In this document: positions 30,653-39,538 of the stretch, piece after piece
How the letters are laid out: every line of letters begins with the position of its first letter
How positions within the stretch are numbered: position 1 is the stretch's first letter
Assembly (NCBI GenBank): GCA_013343275.1
Contig: CP046106.1
Location: 96,001 to 160,000 of the forward strand
Reading direction: 5' to 3'
Length of the DNA: 64,000 nt
Source: Candidatus Nanohaloarchaea archaeon
Lineage (GTDB): Archaea; Nanohalarchaeota; Nanosalinia; Nanosalinales; Nanosalinaceae
Position numbers and translations under genes: made by a program
Notes under the pieces: generated by a model
What the model was told of the DNA's origin: nothing
Database searches by the model: none
Seen by the model: only the letters and a program-made list of their open reading frames with translations

Positions 30653-31774
30653 ATGGTTGAGGAGCAATTTAAGAAAAATCCTGTTGAGGTTGTTGAGAAA
30701 AATTTAGATGAGATCTCTCAGGACATGGAAGATCTAGATAAATGGGAGAGAGAATTATTTTCTAGTATAAGTCATGAGGGCAGAGTAAGACCTTCCAGCG
30801 TGGAGAAAAGTATGGAGGCAGGAATTATTGGAGTCCCAATGGATGAAGAAGAGGAAAAGATTATTGAAAATATTATAGAGACAGTTGAGGAAAGTATATT
30901 GCCGAAATTAACTACTATAGATAATCTTTCAGAAAGATTTGCTGTTTACAGAAACAAAGATTCTGGATCTTTGGAAGAATTTGGAAGTCTGTGGGGTAAG
31001 GTAAGCAGTTTGAAGTCTCATGAGTTTGAAGCGTATCTAAAATCCTATTATGATTTGAAGCAAAAAGGTGAAACTAAGTTTGTACCTTATGACTTAGCAA
31101 GGATAAAAAATGATTTTTTTGAGTTTAGTAAGACATTCAAATCAAGATACAAAGGCAGAAATATTGGTAAGAGAGATTTGATACGCACAGAGGACATAGC
31201 TAATATGAAAGAGAGCATAAGTAGGAGTGCTAATGAGAGTTGCTTATCACTGTATAAGAGAAAGTATGGGCAAGATGCACTTCCAGAATTGGAAAAGAGA
31301 CTGACAATGACTGACAATTATAATCATAATGAGGTAGAGGAGGCACTAAAGGACTTATTTTGGATAACTGGAATGAGAACTATCAGGGTAGGAGGAGAAA
31401 ATAGGCCTGGTTCAGATCTGGATGTAATATCTTTCTCTGTAGTTGATGATTTTGGGGTTGCTGTCGAATCTACATCAGGTAATCTCTCAGAAAAGAAGGT
31501 GGGGCAACTACTTAAGCATCCTTCAAAACTACAAAGGGAGCTTGAATCTAAGGTCTATCCCTTGCTTGTTTGTCATGACTATGATGACTTAGAAAATCTT
31601 GATATTGGGGAAAAAGAAGGTTTGAGAAAATGTGCTGAGAATAATGTGGCTATATGGACAAAAGAAACTCTAGAAGAAATACTGGGCCGTCTTGCAACAG
31701 GCAGGCTCAGGCCTGACGGCATTAAGGACTTGTTGGAAGCGTCCATCCCTAATTCTGGAGCTAAAGGCAACTAG
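30653..31774 (+). CDS. Protein with C-terminal PD-(D/E)xK restriction-endonuclease-like domain
   Basis: EEALKDLF..GM..GGENRPGSDLDVI....VAVESTS (ExK variant ExT). Confidence 0.6.
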   Translation: MVEEQFKKNPVEVVEKNLDEISQDMEDLDKWERELFSSISHEGRVRPSSVEKSMEAGIIGVPMDEEEEKIIENIIETVEESILPKLTTIDNLSERFAVYRNKDSGSLEEFGSLWGKVSSLKSHEFEAYLKSYYDLKQKGETKFVPYDLARIKNDFFEFSKTFKSRYKGRNIGKRDLIRTEDIANMKESISRSANESCLSLYKRKYGQDALPELEKRLTMTDNYNHNEVEEALKDLFWITGMRTIRVGGENRPGSDLDVISFSVVDDFGVAVESTSGNLSEKKVGQLLKHPSKLQRELESKVYPLLVCHDYDDLENLDIGEKEGLRKCAENNVAIWTKETLEEILGRLATGRLRPDGIKDLLEASIPNSGAKGN

Positions 31775-32391
31775 CTCTCTTTGTCGAAGAAGGACTCCAG
31801 ATCTGCAGTTGCCTTAACCTTCTCTGTGGTAGTTCCTTGATTGTCTCTTATATTGAATTTCAGGGTGAATGTGAGGGCCTTAAAATCTTCCACAATTTTT
31901 CCATGATGTCTCACTGCTCCTGCAGGGAGAACTACTTTTCCTCTTATATGATCTAAGCTCTGAATAGTGTCTCCAATACCTTTGCTCTTTCTGCGAATCT
32001 TTTCCTCTTTTATCTGCAAGGTATTAGAGGTTATCTCTTTTTCCTGCTTGGGTGTAACCTCTACATCTGCTAAGTCTACTCTGACTACTTTCCCTTTCAT
32101 CTCTCCATGGTTTACTGCCTTGAATGGTAGAGCGTATTTTCCTGGATAATCTTTCTCCCAGTTAGGTTTGCCTTCAGATCTTATCTTTAGCTCATCTCCT
32201 GGTTGAATCTCTATATCTGATGATGGTTTCTTGAAGTGGTTGAGGTATAGAGATGCAGATACTATTCCAAAAGTCAAGATTGAGAGGAGGGAGCTATAGT
32301 TCTCCCAGACTCCAGGGAGGAAAATATTAACTAGAATTAGTAAAACTACTAAACATCCAATTCCTCCAAGAATTATCCTGTCTGAGTCCAT
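31771..32391 (-). CDS. Two-TM protein with soluble beta-sandwich domain
   Basis: Two hydrophobic N-terminal helices; AVNHGEMKG. Confidence 0.6.
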   Translation of the reverse strand: MDSDRIILGGIGCLVVLLILVNIFLPGVWENYSSLLSILTFGIVSASLYLNHFKKPSSDIEIQPGDELKIRSEGKPNWEKDYPGKYALPFKAVNHGEMKGKVVRVDLADVEVTPKQEKEITSNTLQIKEEKIRRKSKGIGDTIQSLDHIRGKVVLPAGAVRHHGKIVEDFKALTFTLKFNIRDNQGTTTEKVKATADLESFFDKES

Positions 32392-32525
32392 GGGCGTAAT
32401 TTTGGAGACAAGACTTTACCTTCTTTGGGTAGGGGTTGGAGGCCAGATAGGTGCATAAACAAGATCAAGGAATGAATTATAGTAGGAATAAAGGGTAGGA
32501 AATACTTAGTTCTCTCATTCAAGGA

Positions 32526-32846
32526 TTAGGCCTTGATTTTAGTCCACTGGTTTCTTGGATTCTTATGCTCTGAGTCAATGCCTTCTATATACTGAGTTAG
32601 CTTGCCTTTTTCTCTCCTGAAACTATCCTGCTCTATCTCACCAAACCAGACCTGCCTATAACCTCTCTGACCTTTCTTTACAATCATCAAATTATACTTG
32701 CCAGTTCCAAAACGATCTCTCACTTTCTTAACCAGTTCAGATTCCCTCTTTATCCTACTATCATCTATCCTGATAGTATCTATGTTCTTGAACTGCTTAG
32801 GACTTAGCTCTTTAGCCACTATCAGTTTAGCATTGTTATCTGCCAT
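32526..32846 (-). CDS. Hypothetical basic protein, last gene of the element backbone operon
   Basis: AGGTG SD-like motif upstream; CG-poor codon use like the backbone. Confidence 0.65.
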   Translation of the reverse strand: MADNNAKLIVAKELSPKQFKNIDTIRIDDSRIKRESELVKKVRDRFGTGKYNLMIVKKGQRGYRQVWFGEIEQDSFRREKGKLTQYIEGIDSEHKNPRNQWTKIKA

Positions 32847-33020
32847 GATGACACCTTCTCAAATTATATTTTCTTTTTTGATTTGGAGATCTCTGGCTTC
32901 CAGGTCTTCTCATGTGCGTGCGTATGCGTGGATAACCAGGATTTTTCTTTGGCTGATTCAGTGCTGATGATGTTGAGGGTTTCTCCAGGAAGGGCCTCCA
33001 GGAGGAGAGGGCTGTTGATG

Positions 33021-34499
33021 TCATACAGATAGCTCATAGAAAACTTCTCTTCCTTCTCTGGTTTTCTCTATCAATCCTTCTTCTCTCCAGTCTGACAGGT
33101 GATTTCTGGCCATTGTCTCTCCTATATCCATTACTTGCTCCACTTTCTTTCTCTTGAACTTTTGCTCCTTGACAAGCTCTCCTGGAATGCTCACATAGTC
33201 ATTGGAGTTCTCTCCATCGCTCTCTTGCTCCTTGATCTTCTCCTCTACTCTCTCATTATGCTCTTCTACACTCTCCTGGATCTCTTCTCTTACCTGTTTA
33301 ACTTCATTATCCCAGTTCCTGAGTTCTCCATCAAGTTTCAACCATTCCTGTCTAAAGTTCTCTCCAGGTTCTCTATGCCTGGCTCTTGTAGGATAACTCT
33401 TGAAGTCTTTAATCAATGTCTCTGGAGTCCAGAGATAGAAATAATGATCTTCAAGGCCTTTGATCCTCTCCTTATCCTGTTTGGAAAACTCTTCTTTAGT
33501 TCTCTCATCAAGAACTGTCTGGATTCCTTTAGCAGTATTCAACCTGCCAGTAAACAGGTAGTTTAACTGACTTCTAGCTATATCTGAAAGCTCCTCAGGG
33601 TTCTGAGTATCAATGAAAACACTTACTCCCATCTGCCTGCTTTCCTTCAAGAACTCCTCTATAATCTCTCTAAAGGCCTCTGAACTACCTCCATTACCAT
33701 TATCATCTTTCAACAGTTTATGACCTTCTCTAATGAAGATAACAAGGTAAGGCTCTATATCCCCCTGTTTCAATAGTTCCAAGATTCTCTGCAAGATATG
33801 GACTACAGTGAACTTAGTGATTTTATCTGACTGAACTTGAGCAGTCTCCAATATCATTCTCCTGTCCTCACTGTTCAACTCCTTAAACAAGTTGAGTGAG
33901 AGAGGACTGTTTTCACTGGTTACAAGCCTGTGATCTGCAAGCTCTATCAGTGAGTGCTGTATAGGTCTCTTACCTCTCTTAGTTGGAGAACTGATCTTGA
34001 TCCCTGAACTACTTTCTATATAGTCCTGATCTGGTAGCTCCTCAGAGAGCTTCAATAGATCTGCAACATTAGGACTATCCATCTCCTGAATATCGTTTAT
34101 CATGGCGTTAAACAAGGCCTCATGGCTTTGTGATACATCTCCAAGAAGTGCTTTCAAGGAGTCCTCTGAGAGAGTCTTGATAGGTATAGTGAATGGTTGA
34201 ACTGGCTCTGGTTGAGTAAGATTCAAATCAGGTGTAAGTGGTTTGTAGATCTTTCCAGGAAAGGCCTTAGGCTCAGGGTTCTCAGGGTCCTGCCATACCT
34301 CATAGTTTGATCCTTCAGGTAGAACTGAGAATGAGCCTTCTATCTTTGATGAGAATATATCTACTACTTTGACATTCTCCTTTTCCTGGAATACTTCCAT
34401 AGCTCTCTCCAGGATCATTGATTTACCAGTTCCACTTTGTCCTGTTACTCCTGCTCTAACAGGTTTCTTACTGGGATGTGGGAATCTGACCTGTTTCAT
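33021..34499 (-). CDS. HerA/FtsK/VirB4-superfamily ATPase with C-terminal wHTH
   Basis: Walker A GQSGTGKS; atypical Walker B IFIREGH; ESRQMGVSVFIDTQNP...RSQ. Confidence 0.8.
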   Translation of the reverse strand: MKQVRFPHPSKKPVRAGVTGQSGTGKSMILERAMEVFQEKENVKVVDIFSSKIEGSFSVLPEGSNYEVWQDPENPEPKAFPGKIYKPLTPDLNLTQPEPVQPFTIPIKTLSEDSLKALLGDVSQSHEALFNAMINDIQEMDSPNVADLLKLSEELPDQDYIESSSGIKISSPTKRGKRPIQHSLIELADHRLVTSENSPLSLNLFKELNSEDRRMILETAQVQSDKITKFTVVHILQRILELLKQGDIEPYLVIFIREGHKLLKDDNGNGGSSEAFREIIEEFLKESRQMGVSVFIDTQNPEELSDIARSQLNYLFTGRLNTAKGIQTVLDERTKEEFSKQDKERIKGLEDHYFYLWTPETLIKDFKSYPTRARHREPGENFRQEWLKLDGELRNWDNEVKQVREEIQESVEEHNERVEEKIKEQESDGENSNDYVSIPGELVKEQKFKRKKVEQVMDIGETMARNHLSDWREEGLIEKTREGREVFYELSV

Positions 34500-35074
34500 A
34501 GCTCATCTCCTCCATAGATAAGTTCTTCCATAGTTTGAACTCTATCCTGAACATAATCACTGGTTATCTGGTTCTCTGAGGTTGCCTCTCCTATTGCATC
34601 TACCTTGCCTTCTGAACTGGAGAACTCTTCTGTAGATATGAAACCTAGATCAGAGAAGGCCTCTTTAACAGATTTCTCTACTTCTTGCTCCCATTCTCTT
34701 ATAGGCTCTTCTAACTTCTCTGCTCTCTCCTTTTTCCCTTCATCTTTCTTATTATACTTCTTAACCTGTTCCTTCAACTCCTCAGCCTTAGAATAGTGCT
34801 TTTTAGCCTCTTTACCATTCTCTACTAGGTAATGGCCTAATTCTGTTACTTCATCAGGCTCTATATCAAAGAAATCAGCTAAAACCTGCTTATTTTCATT
34901 GTATATCTCCTTAATTATCTCAAAGTCATCCATTTTCCTGTAGTCATGCCTTCTACTGCTCTCCTCACAGAACTCCATTAATACCAGTCTAAGCCTCTGA
35001 TCTCTGAAAGAGAACCTATAGCAACTGTAACTTAGCCTGGAGTAACTGCCTGGTTGATATTTCTGTATTCTCAT
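34496..35074 (-). CDS. Hypothetical backbone protein
   Basis: ATGA-coupled operon. Confidence 0.7.
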   Translation of the reverse strand: MRIQKYQPGSYSRLSYSCYRFSFRDQRLRLVLMEFCEESSRRHDYRKMDDFEIIKEIYNENKQVLADFFDIEPDEVTELGHYLVENGKEAKKHYSKAEELKEQVKKYNKKDEGKKERAEKLEEPIREWEQEVEKSVKEAFSDLGFISTEEFSSSEGKVDAIGEATSENQITSDYVQDRVQTMEELIYGGDEL

Positions 35075-35424
35075 AGCTCCACCTCCCCAACCTCTCTATG
35101 CAGGGTTTCCAAGATTATCTCATACTGCTCTTGCAGTGAATTAGCCTCTAAAACAAACTCTGCAGGCTCTCCAGTGTAAAGAGAAACCAGGTATTTGAGT
35201 TCTATCTTACTGATCTCCTGCAGGCCTGTAGATTTGAGGACTTCACTGAGTGAGTCATGCTCCTCTATCAAGGACTCTATCCTTTGAAAAGTAGAGGTAG
35301 GGAGTTCCCTCCTTAATTTCTCCAGTCCTGGTTCCTCAGTAATCTTATCTCTGTATTTCTCTAGGAGGCTATCCTGGACATAATTTCCATCATGGAACTC
35401 CTCAGTCATACCTTCTTTCCCCAT
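35071..35424 (-). CDS. Hypothetical backbone protein
   Basis: Operonic, AGGTGA SD. Confidence 0.7.
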   Translation of the reverse strand: MGKEGMTEEFHDGNYVQDSLLEKYRDKITEEPGLEKLRRELPTSTFQRIESLIEEHDSLSEVLKSTGLQEISKIELKYLVSLYTGEPAEFVLEANSLQEQYEIILETLHREVGEVEL

Positions 35425-35426
35425 TT

Positions 35427-35699
35427 TTACTCACCTTGGAGGTGTTTCTGCCCCTCAATCATCTTCTGGACAATCCTTCTCCATTCCTCTCTACCTAGTG
35501 AGTTAGAAGTGCCTCCAGGTTGCATGTCTTGGGCTATACTGAGTGCTAATTCTTTGAGCTGTCCTGCATCTAAATCTCTTATCTCAGAGTGTTTTAGGTT
35601 CCTGAACTCTCTGCCCTCAGTAAGGTCTCTAAGCTCTTGGATTTTGTTTTCTGAGATTTTGAAGTCTTCTGGAAAGTTTGTTGTGTTGTCGTCTTTCAT
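35427..35699 (-). CDS. Hypothetical backbone protein
   Basis: AGGTGA SD upstream; first gene after the structured leader. Confidence 0.7.
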   Translation of the reverse strand: MKDDNTTNFPEDFKISENKIQELRDLTEGREFRNLKHSEIRDLDAGQLKELALSIAQDMQPGGTSNSLGREEWRRIVQKMIEGQKHLQGE

Positions 35700-35736
35700 T
35701 GTGGTTCACCTTTTTGGTTAAATCTGGAAATGTAGA

Positions 35737-35860
35737 TCCTGGCAGGAGGGATTTTAGCCCCCTGCTCAGGAGAGGGAGCCATGGCTCTTACTTGGAAATG
35801 GCTCAGACCTGCCTTGCGACAGGTAAAAAGTCTAGATAGCCAGTTAGACTGCTCTAGACT
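35737..35860 (-). ncRNA. Candidate structured RNA or leader in the element backbone
   Basis: Minus-strand hairpins AGTCTAGA..TCTAGACT, ACCTGTC-GCAA-GGCAGGT (GNRA loop, G-U pair), TCCTG(A)GCAGG..CCTGCCAGGA. Confidence 0.5.
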
Positions 35861-36177
35861 CATCTTTCTGGAATATTGATCTTGTTGAGGACTATCTCCC
35901 CTTTCTCAGTGGTTTTGTAGAAAGTCCTACCATCTGCCTCACCTGTTTCCTTAACTAGGCCTTTTTCCTGCAGTTTCTCTACATGGTATTCTATGGTCTG
36001 ATGGGCCTTTCTGAGGTCTTTTGCAATGCTTGAGATGTAATCCTGATTCTCCAAGTGAGCTAATACTTTCCTGGTAGTTCTGCCTCCTACTTCTCTCACC
36101 AATGCATCAAAGTTGGTTTCCTCAGTGTTTCCAGAGTCTTTACCTATACTACTCATGGAACTCACCCCAATTCTCAA
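35860..36177 (-). CDS. ArsR-like winged-helix regulator
   Basis: TRKVLAHL..YISSIAKDL..HQTIEYHVEKLQEKGLV..GRTFYKTTEKG. Confidence 0.85.
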   Translation of the reverse strand: MRIGVSSMSSIGKDSGNTEETNFDALVREVGGRTTRKVLAHLENQDYISSIAKDLRKAHQTIEYHVEKLQEKGLVKETGEADGRTFYKTTEKGEIVLNKINIPER

Positions 36178-36250
36178 CTCTATCTACTGATTTTCTCACT
36201 TGATTCTGAACTGTATCTGAGTGGTTGAATGACTCCATAATCTTGATCAC

Positions 36251-38515
36251 CTAGACTTTTGCAACCTTTCCAGGTTCAGGCTCAAAGAACTCGCCCTCAC
36301 TTTTCAGAGATTTTAAGGCCTCCTCTATCTTCTCTTCATCTGCATCCAGAGACTCTATAACTTCTTGCTCATCTTTCTGGCTATCTCCAACTTTCTCCCT
36401 AACTAGCTCCATTACTCCTTTCTTAACCTGAACTGAATCAGTGTTATCAGAGCTTTCAGAACTATCCAAGCCTTGAATCTGTTCTACTGTTATAGGCTCT
36501 CCTTCTCTGAAATCCATAGAACATCTGCATTTAGTGAAAAGCTCTATAGCCCTCTGAGCATCAATCTTCTGGGCTTTATCATCCAGTCTAGACTTTGCAA
36601 ACATCAAAGTGAGCTGGATGAGGTTCCTGATCATTCTTGGGCTTTCAGACTTAACCTCTGCCTTAATGTTGTTAGCCTCAGCATCTGCTAGATTTCCTTT
36701 GATGAATTTGTTGATCAGGTTTCCTGCATCCTCAGTTAATACTGGCTCTTTCTCCTTTGCTAGGCCTCTGTAAATGACCTGAGTCTGCTTATCCATTCCT
36801 TCATCTCTCTCACTGCCTCCTGTTTCCTGGTATCCCTGAATCATCTCATTTGCTATCTCAGAGAGATTCTGTTGCCTGATTCCATAGATCAAAGAGAATC
36901 TATCCTTGAAACCTTGAACCATCTCAGGCAGGTAACTATGTAGTTCCTCATACTGCCCTGTTTCAAAGTCTAGTTTCTCAGTAAAGTTACCAGTAGCTAT
37001 TATAGTGGCTCTACCATTCAGTTCAACATTCTGTGAGGCCTTATCAATAGGAAATTTACCTCTCTCCATAGCAGTGTTAAGCCTGCCTAGTTGCTCACTT
37101 CCTATCTTATCCATCTCATCTACTGAAAGAACTCCTTGATCTGCATAGACTAGCTTTCCTGCTCTGATCTCATAGCCTCCATTATCTAGGTTCTCAACTG
37201 TGGCAGTAAGGCCTACTCCTGTAGAGTTATTATCTGCATAGTATGTGTTTGAGAAAGTCTCCTGGATGTATTCCTGCAGATCTGATTTAGCTAACCCTGG
37301 ATTAGCAACTATCAGGGAATGGATTCTGTCATCATCTCCTCTAGATTCATTCTCTACTCCTCCTATCAGGCTTGCACCCATCACCTCTTTCAAGGTCTGA
37401 GCATCCACAATGTGAGGAGCAAGGCCTAGAGCAAACTCTTTGAAGGCATATGTATCAGGACTATTATTCCAGACCTTAACCTTCTCTTTTACCTCTTCTA
37501 TATCCTCTTGAGAAACTTCCTGCATCTGATCCTTTCTATCCAACCTCTTGAAACTCATTACATCTAGAACAGGATCTAACTCTGTCTGATCATTCTGTCT
37601 AGGAACTCCTCTGATAACTCCTGAAACTCTTACTTTCCTACCTGGAGTAAAGGCCTGCTTAGTATCCTCACTGATATTCTCCTTCTTGATAAAGGCCTCT
37701 AAAGGCTTATTTTCTACAGTCTGAGTTGAAAGAGTAATCTCCTTAACATCCTGAAAGTTTCTATCAACAAGGTCAAATTTCCTGCTACCACATTGACACT
37801 TGTAAGGAGATTTCAGCTTATCTCCATCCTGCTCCTTCTCATACAGGTCTCCACACTTAGAACATTCAAACTCTGCAGAAACTACTTTGGTATAGGAATC
37901 TTTCTCTCCCTCTACCATGGCCTCAATCGTTACAAACTCTCCAATATTCCTGTTATCTCTGGCCTCAGAGATCGTTTTCTCATAGTAATCAACATCTACA
38001 TCAAGCTCCAAGGTAAGACCAGGCAGGTTATCTGATAGATCCTTCTCTATCTCATCCAGAAGATCTATGAACTCATCAGTATTTTCCTCTGCCCAGTCCA
38101 AGATCTCAAACCTTATGCTCTCCAATTCACTCAGGCTTAACTCATAGACTCCATCATCTAATAAGGCCTGAGAAACCTTTTCTCTACCTTCTAAGGATAA
38201 ATAGTTCTTGATATCGCTCCTGATGTCCTTGTAACCTTCAGGTTTGCTGACCTCTTGCTCATCAGGGTTGAGAAGAGTTTCTGCAACATTCTCTCCTCTC
38301 TCATTAATCTCATAGTGGCCTCTCTCAGGTTTGTCCAGGAGGTTTCTCTCATCCTTACTTTCCAGTTTTCTCACTATCTTTGAGAAAGCAGGCTTAGATC
38401 CCTCATAGTTATGATCCTCTCTGAACTTCTCATAAAGATCTGATAAACTTGCAGGAGAGCCTATCTCATCCTGTTTTTCGTAAAACCAGGTAAGGAATTG
38501 GTCCTGTCTGTTCAT
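36251..38515 (-). CDS. mcm: Element-encoded MCM helicase with extra N-terminal wHTH
   Basis: ANPGLAKS, SVDEMDK, TAMERG, DRFS, SPRMIRNL; Zn finger CSKCGDLYEKEQD..LKSPYKCQCGSRKF; start at 38515 after GGAGG. Confidence 0.92.
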   Translation of the reverse strand: MNRQDQFLTWFYEKQDEIGSPASLSDLYEKFREDHNYEGSKPAFSKIVRKLESKDERNLLDKPERGHYEINERGENVAETLLNPDEQEVSKPEGYKDIRSDIKNYLSLEGREKVSQALLDDGVYELSLSELESIRFEILDWAEENTDEFIDLLDEIEKDLSDNLPGLTLELDVDVDYYEKTISEARDNRNIGEFVTIEAMVEGEKDSYTKVVSAEFECSKCGDLYEKEQDGDKLKSPYKCQCGSRKFDLVDRNFQDVKEITLSTQTVENKPLEAFIKKENISEDTKQAFTPGRKVRVSGVIRGVPRQNDQTELDPVLDVMSFKRLDRKDQMQEVSQEDIEEVKEKVKVWNNSPDTYAFKEFALGLAPHIVDAQTLKEVMGASLIGGVENESRGDDDRIHSLIVANPGLAKSDLQEYIQETFSNTYYADNNSTGVGLTATVENLDNGGYEIRAGKLVYADQGVLSVDEMDKIGSEQLGRLNTAMERGKFPIDKASQNVELNGRATIIATGNFTEKLDFETGQYEELHSYLPEMVQGFKDRFSLIYGIRQQNLSEIANEMIQGYQETGGSERDEGMDKQTQVIYRGLAKEKEPVLTEDAGNLINKFIKGNLADAEANNIKAEVKSESPRMIRNLIQLTLMFAKSRLDDKAQKIDAQRAIELFTKCRCSMDFREGEPITVEQIQGLDSSESSDNTDSVQVKKGVMELVREKVGDSQKDEQEVIESLDADEEKIEEALKSLKSEGEFFEPEPGKVAKV

Positions 38516-38559
38516 TGTCCTCCAAACCTCCTCTGAGAGAAATGCCCATGGCCCCATGT

Positions 38560-38672
38560 GGTTAAGATGGTTAATTGGGTTAATTGAGGTAAATAAACCA
38601 TCTTGTTAGGCCTTGATAGTAGATTTTTCTGGGAATTAACCTCCTTTCTTAACCTAATTAACCTAATTAACC
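38560..38672. repeat. Two inverted clusters of 9-bp iterons, putative element replication origin
   Basis: GGTTAAGAT, GGTTAATTG, GGTTAATTG (38560-38586) face AATTAACCT, TTAACCT, AATTAACCT, AATTAACC (38634-38672). Confidence 0.75.
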
Positions 38673-38708
38673 ACCTACCCCCTAAGGTGTTTCTATATAG
38701 TATTTCTT

Positions 38709-39044
38709 TCATTGGATCAAATCACCATTACTTGGAATACGCTTTCTGTGGTTGACTGGAGCTTTTTGCAGGCCTACAGTTCTTCTGCAGTTAGGACAGG
38801 CCCAGTTCAAAAGGTCTTTCTGAGAATCTAGTTGATCTATCAGGTGTTCAGATGCAGGATCTTGGTTAAGGAATTGCTTGAGCTTCTTCTCAAAAACTGC
38901 TCTATGAAATACTGCCTCACATTCTGGGCATTGCAGTCTTCTAGGAGCTTCAAATCTGAACAGCTCCAGGACTCTTTCAGTTTTCTCACTGGACTTGAAC
39001 TCAAAGTTTGTTGGAGTCTCTACCATTGTCCTCATCAGAATCAC
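38709..39044 (-). CDS. Zn-finger protein
   Basis: CPEC...CPNC. Confidence 0.65.
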   Translation of the reverse strand: MILMRTMVETPTNFEFKSSEKTERVLELFRFEAPRRLQCPECEAVFHRAVFEKKLKQFLNQDPASEHLIDQLDSQKDLLNWACPNCRRTVGLQKAPVNHRKRIPSNGDLIQ

Positions 39045-39274
39045 CTCTCCATCTCTGGAGCTGTCTGTTCTCCTGGTTTTGAGTTCATTAATTGTCTGAA
39101 GGCCATGTCAAGAAGATCTCTAACTACTTGGTTTCTGGATTTGTCTTCTGAGGTCTCTGCCAGATCTCTGATTATCTCATCTTGGTAGTTATCTATGTAG
39201 AAACCTACTTTGACTTTCTCTGATTCCTTATTCTGTAATGTAAAGCCTTTTTTAGGGTCTCTAAGCTGATACAT
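39041..39274 (-). CDS. Ribbon-helix-helix regulator
   Basis: KVKVGFYIDNYQDEIIRDLAE...KSRNQVVRDLLD. Confidence 0.75.
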   Translation of the reverse strand: MYQLRDPKKGFTLQNKESEKVKVGFYIDNYQDEIIRDLAETSEDKSRNQVVRDLLDMAFRQLMNSKPGEQTAPEMER

Positions 39275-39413
39275 TGTTAGAGCTTACCTCATTGCCAGGG
39301 CCACCAACCCTGGTATCTTCAGATTTTTCTTCTCTGACTTCCTGGAGCTTCTTCTCCAGGTGTCTTTCTAGCTCCTCTCTACTAGCGCCGTCGTTTTCAG
39401 ACTCTGTTCTCAT
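39261..39413 (-). CDS. Putative 50-aa protein, first gene of the leftward operon
   Basis: Manual translation MRTESENDGASREELERHLEKKLQEVREEK... Confidence 0.45.
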   Translation of the reverse strand: MRTESENDGASREELERHLEKKLQEVREEKSEDTRVGGPGNEVSSNNVSA

Positions 39414-39449
39414 ACTTAGTTCTTACAGCTAACATCATCTTATATTCGA

Positions 39450-39467
39450 ACTAACATAGATGTTAGT
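39450..39467. promoter_or_regulatory. Palindromic operator between divergent promoters
   Basis: ACTAACAT-AG-ATGTTAGT; half-sites CTAACA at 39429 and 39523. Confidence 0.6.
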
Positions 39468-39538
39468 AAAATAGAACTTCTTTAGAGGGTTTTTTCCTGT
39501 GAGAAAGACTTAAAATAATAGACTAACAAAAACTTACT

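Noticed and set aside
32836-33024. 62-aa ORF in the element backbone
   Set aside because: Low-complexity basic translation containing the atypical CG tract; may be a cis element, so not listed as a CDS
38512-38712. 66-aa ORF spanning the iterons
   Set aside because: Translation mirrors the repeats (LIRLIRLR, QLTQLT); more likely non-coding origin DNA
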